Shown here: positions 62,412 through 64,000 of the stretch, one piece after another
Layout: each line of letters begins with the position of its first letter
Numbering within the stretch: position 1 is the first letter of the stretch
From: Nitrosomonas sp.
GTDB taxonomy: Bacteria > Pseudomonadota > Gammaproteobacteria > Burkholderiales > Nitrosomonadaceae
Direction of reading: 5' to 3'
Length of the DNA stretch: 64,000 bases
Assembly (NCBI GenBank): GCA_019635215.1
Contig: JAHBZZ010000010.1
Location: 29,516-93,515 of the forward strand
Made by a program: the position numbers and the translations under genes
Notes under the pieces: model-generated
Seen by the model: only the letters and a program-made list of their open reading frames with translations
What the model was told of the DNA's origin: nothing
Databases searched by the model: none

Positions 62412-63113
62412 ATGATGTTCAAATCAAAGTTTCAATTTGTCTTAATAACGTTTATCACTTTTGGTTTTCTGATTACACCACCGGTACATTCCGGTGTTAT
62501 CGGAACAGTCAGTCTGGAGATAACAGGCGGTTGCTTTTCATTTGGTGTAGGTGGCGCAACGGGTTGTGGTAACCTGAATCCTGATCATAAAGAATTCGCG
62601 ACTGGCAGCTTTGTTTTTACAAACACATTATCAGCAGCTTTTGATCCATCAACCCAAGATGCCGGCTTTGATGCGCTTGCCAGTTTACAAGCGACAAATG
62701 GCACAACTGATTTTAGTGATTCTCGCTCGGAGTCATTTCCCTCGTTCGCCACATTAATTTCAGATCCACGTTGGGGAATAGCCTCGGGGCTGGTTTTTGC
62801 ATTCGGCTCCAGTCCTATCGCGGGCTCCTTACCGTCTTCTTTTGGAATTGATCTTTCGTGGATAAATACGATTGATCCAACATCTACTCCAACCAATACT
62901 TTTGGCACCTTTTCTATTTTCTCGAATGATAATTTGAATGGTCTATCGCAAGCGCTGTTCGGACAGAATCTCCCATTTTCTGAAGTCATGTTCACTTCAA
63001 GTGCCAGTCTCACAGCATTTACAACCGCAATCCCAGAGCCCGCATTACTTACCCTGATTGGAATAGGGTTGCTGGGTATATATGTTCTGCCGCATAGACG
63101 CAGGTATTATTAA
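62412..63113 (+). CDS. PEP-CTERM sorting-domain protein
   Basis: Signal peptide; Ser/Thr/Gly-rich body; C-terminal IPEP-TM-RRR (IPEPALLTLIGIGLLGIYVLPHRRRYY). Confidence 0.88.
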   Translation: MMFKSKFQFVLITFITFGFLITPPVHSGVIGTVSLEITGGCFSFGVGGATGCGNLNPDHKEFATGSFVFTNTLSAAFDPSTQDAGFDALASLQATNGTTDFSDSRSESFPSFATLISDPRWGIASGLVFAFGSSPIAGSLPSSFGIDLSWINTIDPTSTPTNTFGTFSIFSNDNLNGLSQALFGQNLPFSEVMFTSSASLTAFTTAIPEPALLTLIGIGLLGIYVLPHRRRYY

Positions 63114-63440
63114 AGCATTAAAGCTTAAGTCATAAAGTTTTCTCGAGTATTTTATTTGATAAAACGATGCCCCGAACATATGCTTGTGCCGCTTGTGACA
63201 ATAGTAATTCGGCTAAAACATAGGTTCTGGGGCTTGTCGGTTTACTACTAGATTCATGCCATTACGAATGCACCGGGTGATTTCTGGATTTTATTCTATC
63301 CGGTGGATAAACTGCGATCTGGAAGATGAGAGTTTGTTGATTCTGACGACGAAAGGTGTCGGTGTTCTGTCAGATAATTTTAAAAGACATTGAATCGTTG
63401 CCCCGCCATTTCTACAGAACCTCTATGTGAAAACTACATT

Positions 63441-64000
63441 TTATTTATGTGAACTCCGTATTAGAGGTTTCAGGAGATCAACACCCACTTCCCAAACGAA
63501 CTGAAGAAGTTTGACTTGCCTACGGACTCGCGTTGGTTGCTGTAATAATCGGTAAAACCACTCAAGATTAAGACGCTGCATGAACAAAGGTGCACGCTTT
63601 ACAGTGCCAACGATCGTATCGAGTGTACCTCCGATGCCTTGGCAGATTTTGACCGATTCAAGCTGGTCGAGATACTTGGACATCCACTCTTCTTGCCGCG
63701 GACTACCTAGCGCAACAAATAGTATTTCTGCTTTTGATTCATTGATTTGCGCTACCAATGCATCCATGTCTTCGTCTTTGACATAACCATTGGCGCGGCC
63801 GACGATCTTGATGGCAGGGTGACGCTCACGCAGACGTTCTGCTGCACCCCGGTTGACTCCTTCCGTTGCTCCGTAAATAAAAATCCTGTAGCCACGATTT
63901 TCTGCCTGTGCGCAAATTTGCTGCATCAAATCTGCACCCGCCACTCGTTCCAACCTGTAACCTTTAATGCGCATGGCAAACACAATTCCAATTCCATCAG
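63441..64000 (-). CDS. WecB/TagA/CpsF-family glycosyltransferase (5' end outside the window)
   Basis: RVAGADL, FVALGSPRQE, GIGGTLD, RAP and LEWFYRL..QP motifs. Confidence 0.93.
   Translation of the reverse strand, partial: DGIGIVFAMRIKGYRLERVAGADLMQQICAQAENRGYRIFIYGATEGVNRGAAERLRERHPAIKIVGRANGYVKDEDMDALVAQINESKAEILFVALGSPRQEEWMSKYLDQLESVKICQGIGGTLDTIVGTVKRAPLFMQRLNLEWFYRLLQQPTRVRRQVKLLQFVWEVGVDLLKPLIRSSHK

Overview
Chromosomal window from a betaproteobacterium. Gene content and protein sequences look Nitrosomonas-like; this is inference, as no 16S gene is present. Most of it is housekeeping: the rppH 5' end, proS, the ilvI-ilvH-ilvC-psd-pssA-leuA cluster, nit-tldD, glnE, hemE, a two-component pair, fliE and fliFGHIJK, a cobalamin-riboswitch-led btuB-btuM-cobO unit, gdhA, slt and cca. 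Three accessory stretches stand out. (1) A 3.3 kb island between a type IV pilin gene and hemE (15893-19200) holds parDE, higBA and an orphan DUF2442 gene. These sit in a scaffold of a ~530 bp direct repeat, GTAG-type REP hairpins, MITEs, a group IIC intron 3' end with an expanded domain V, and a recurring CCGCGTA junction motif. (2) A same-strand speB-speA-CHASE kinase-Tsx-like porin block ends at an IS3 remnant. (3) An AT-rich wzb-wza-wzc exopolysaccharide locus carries an AttH-like lipocalin gene and a PEP-CTERM gene. Other observations: a ~210 bp MITE inside the P4 arm of the B12 riboswitch, a Leu-containing leader ORF upstream of leuA, an HDOD/adenylate cyclase gene pair, a Tat-signal intradiol dioxygenase homologue, and an (AAAGTGGG)4 G-quadruplex-type repeat. 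No rRNA, tRNA or CRISPR array was seen. All family assignments are from motif recognition by eye; no database searches were run.
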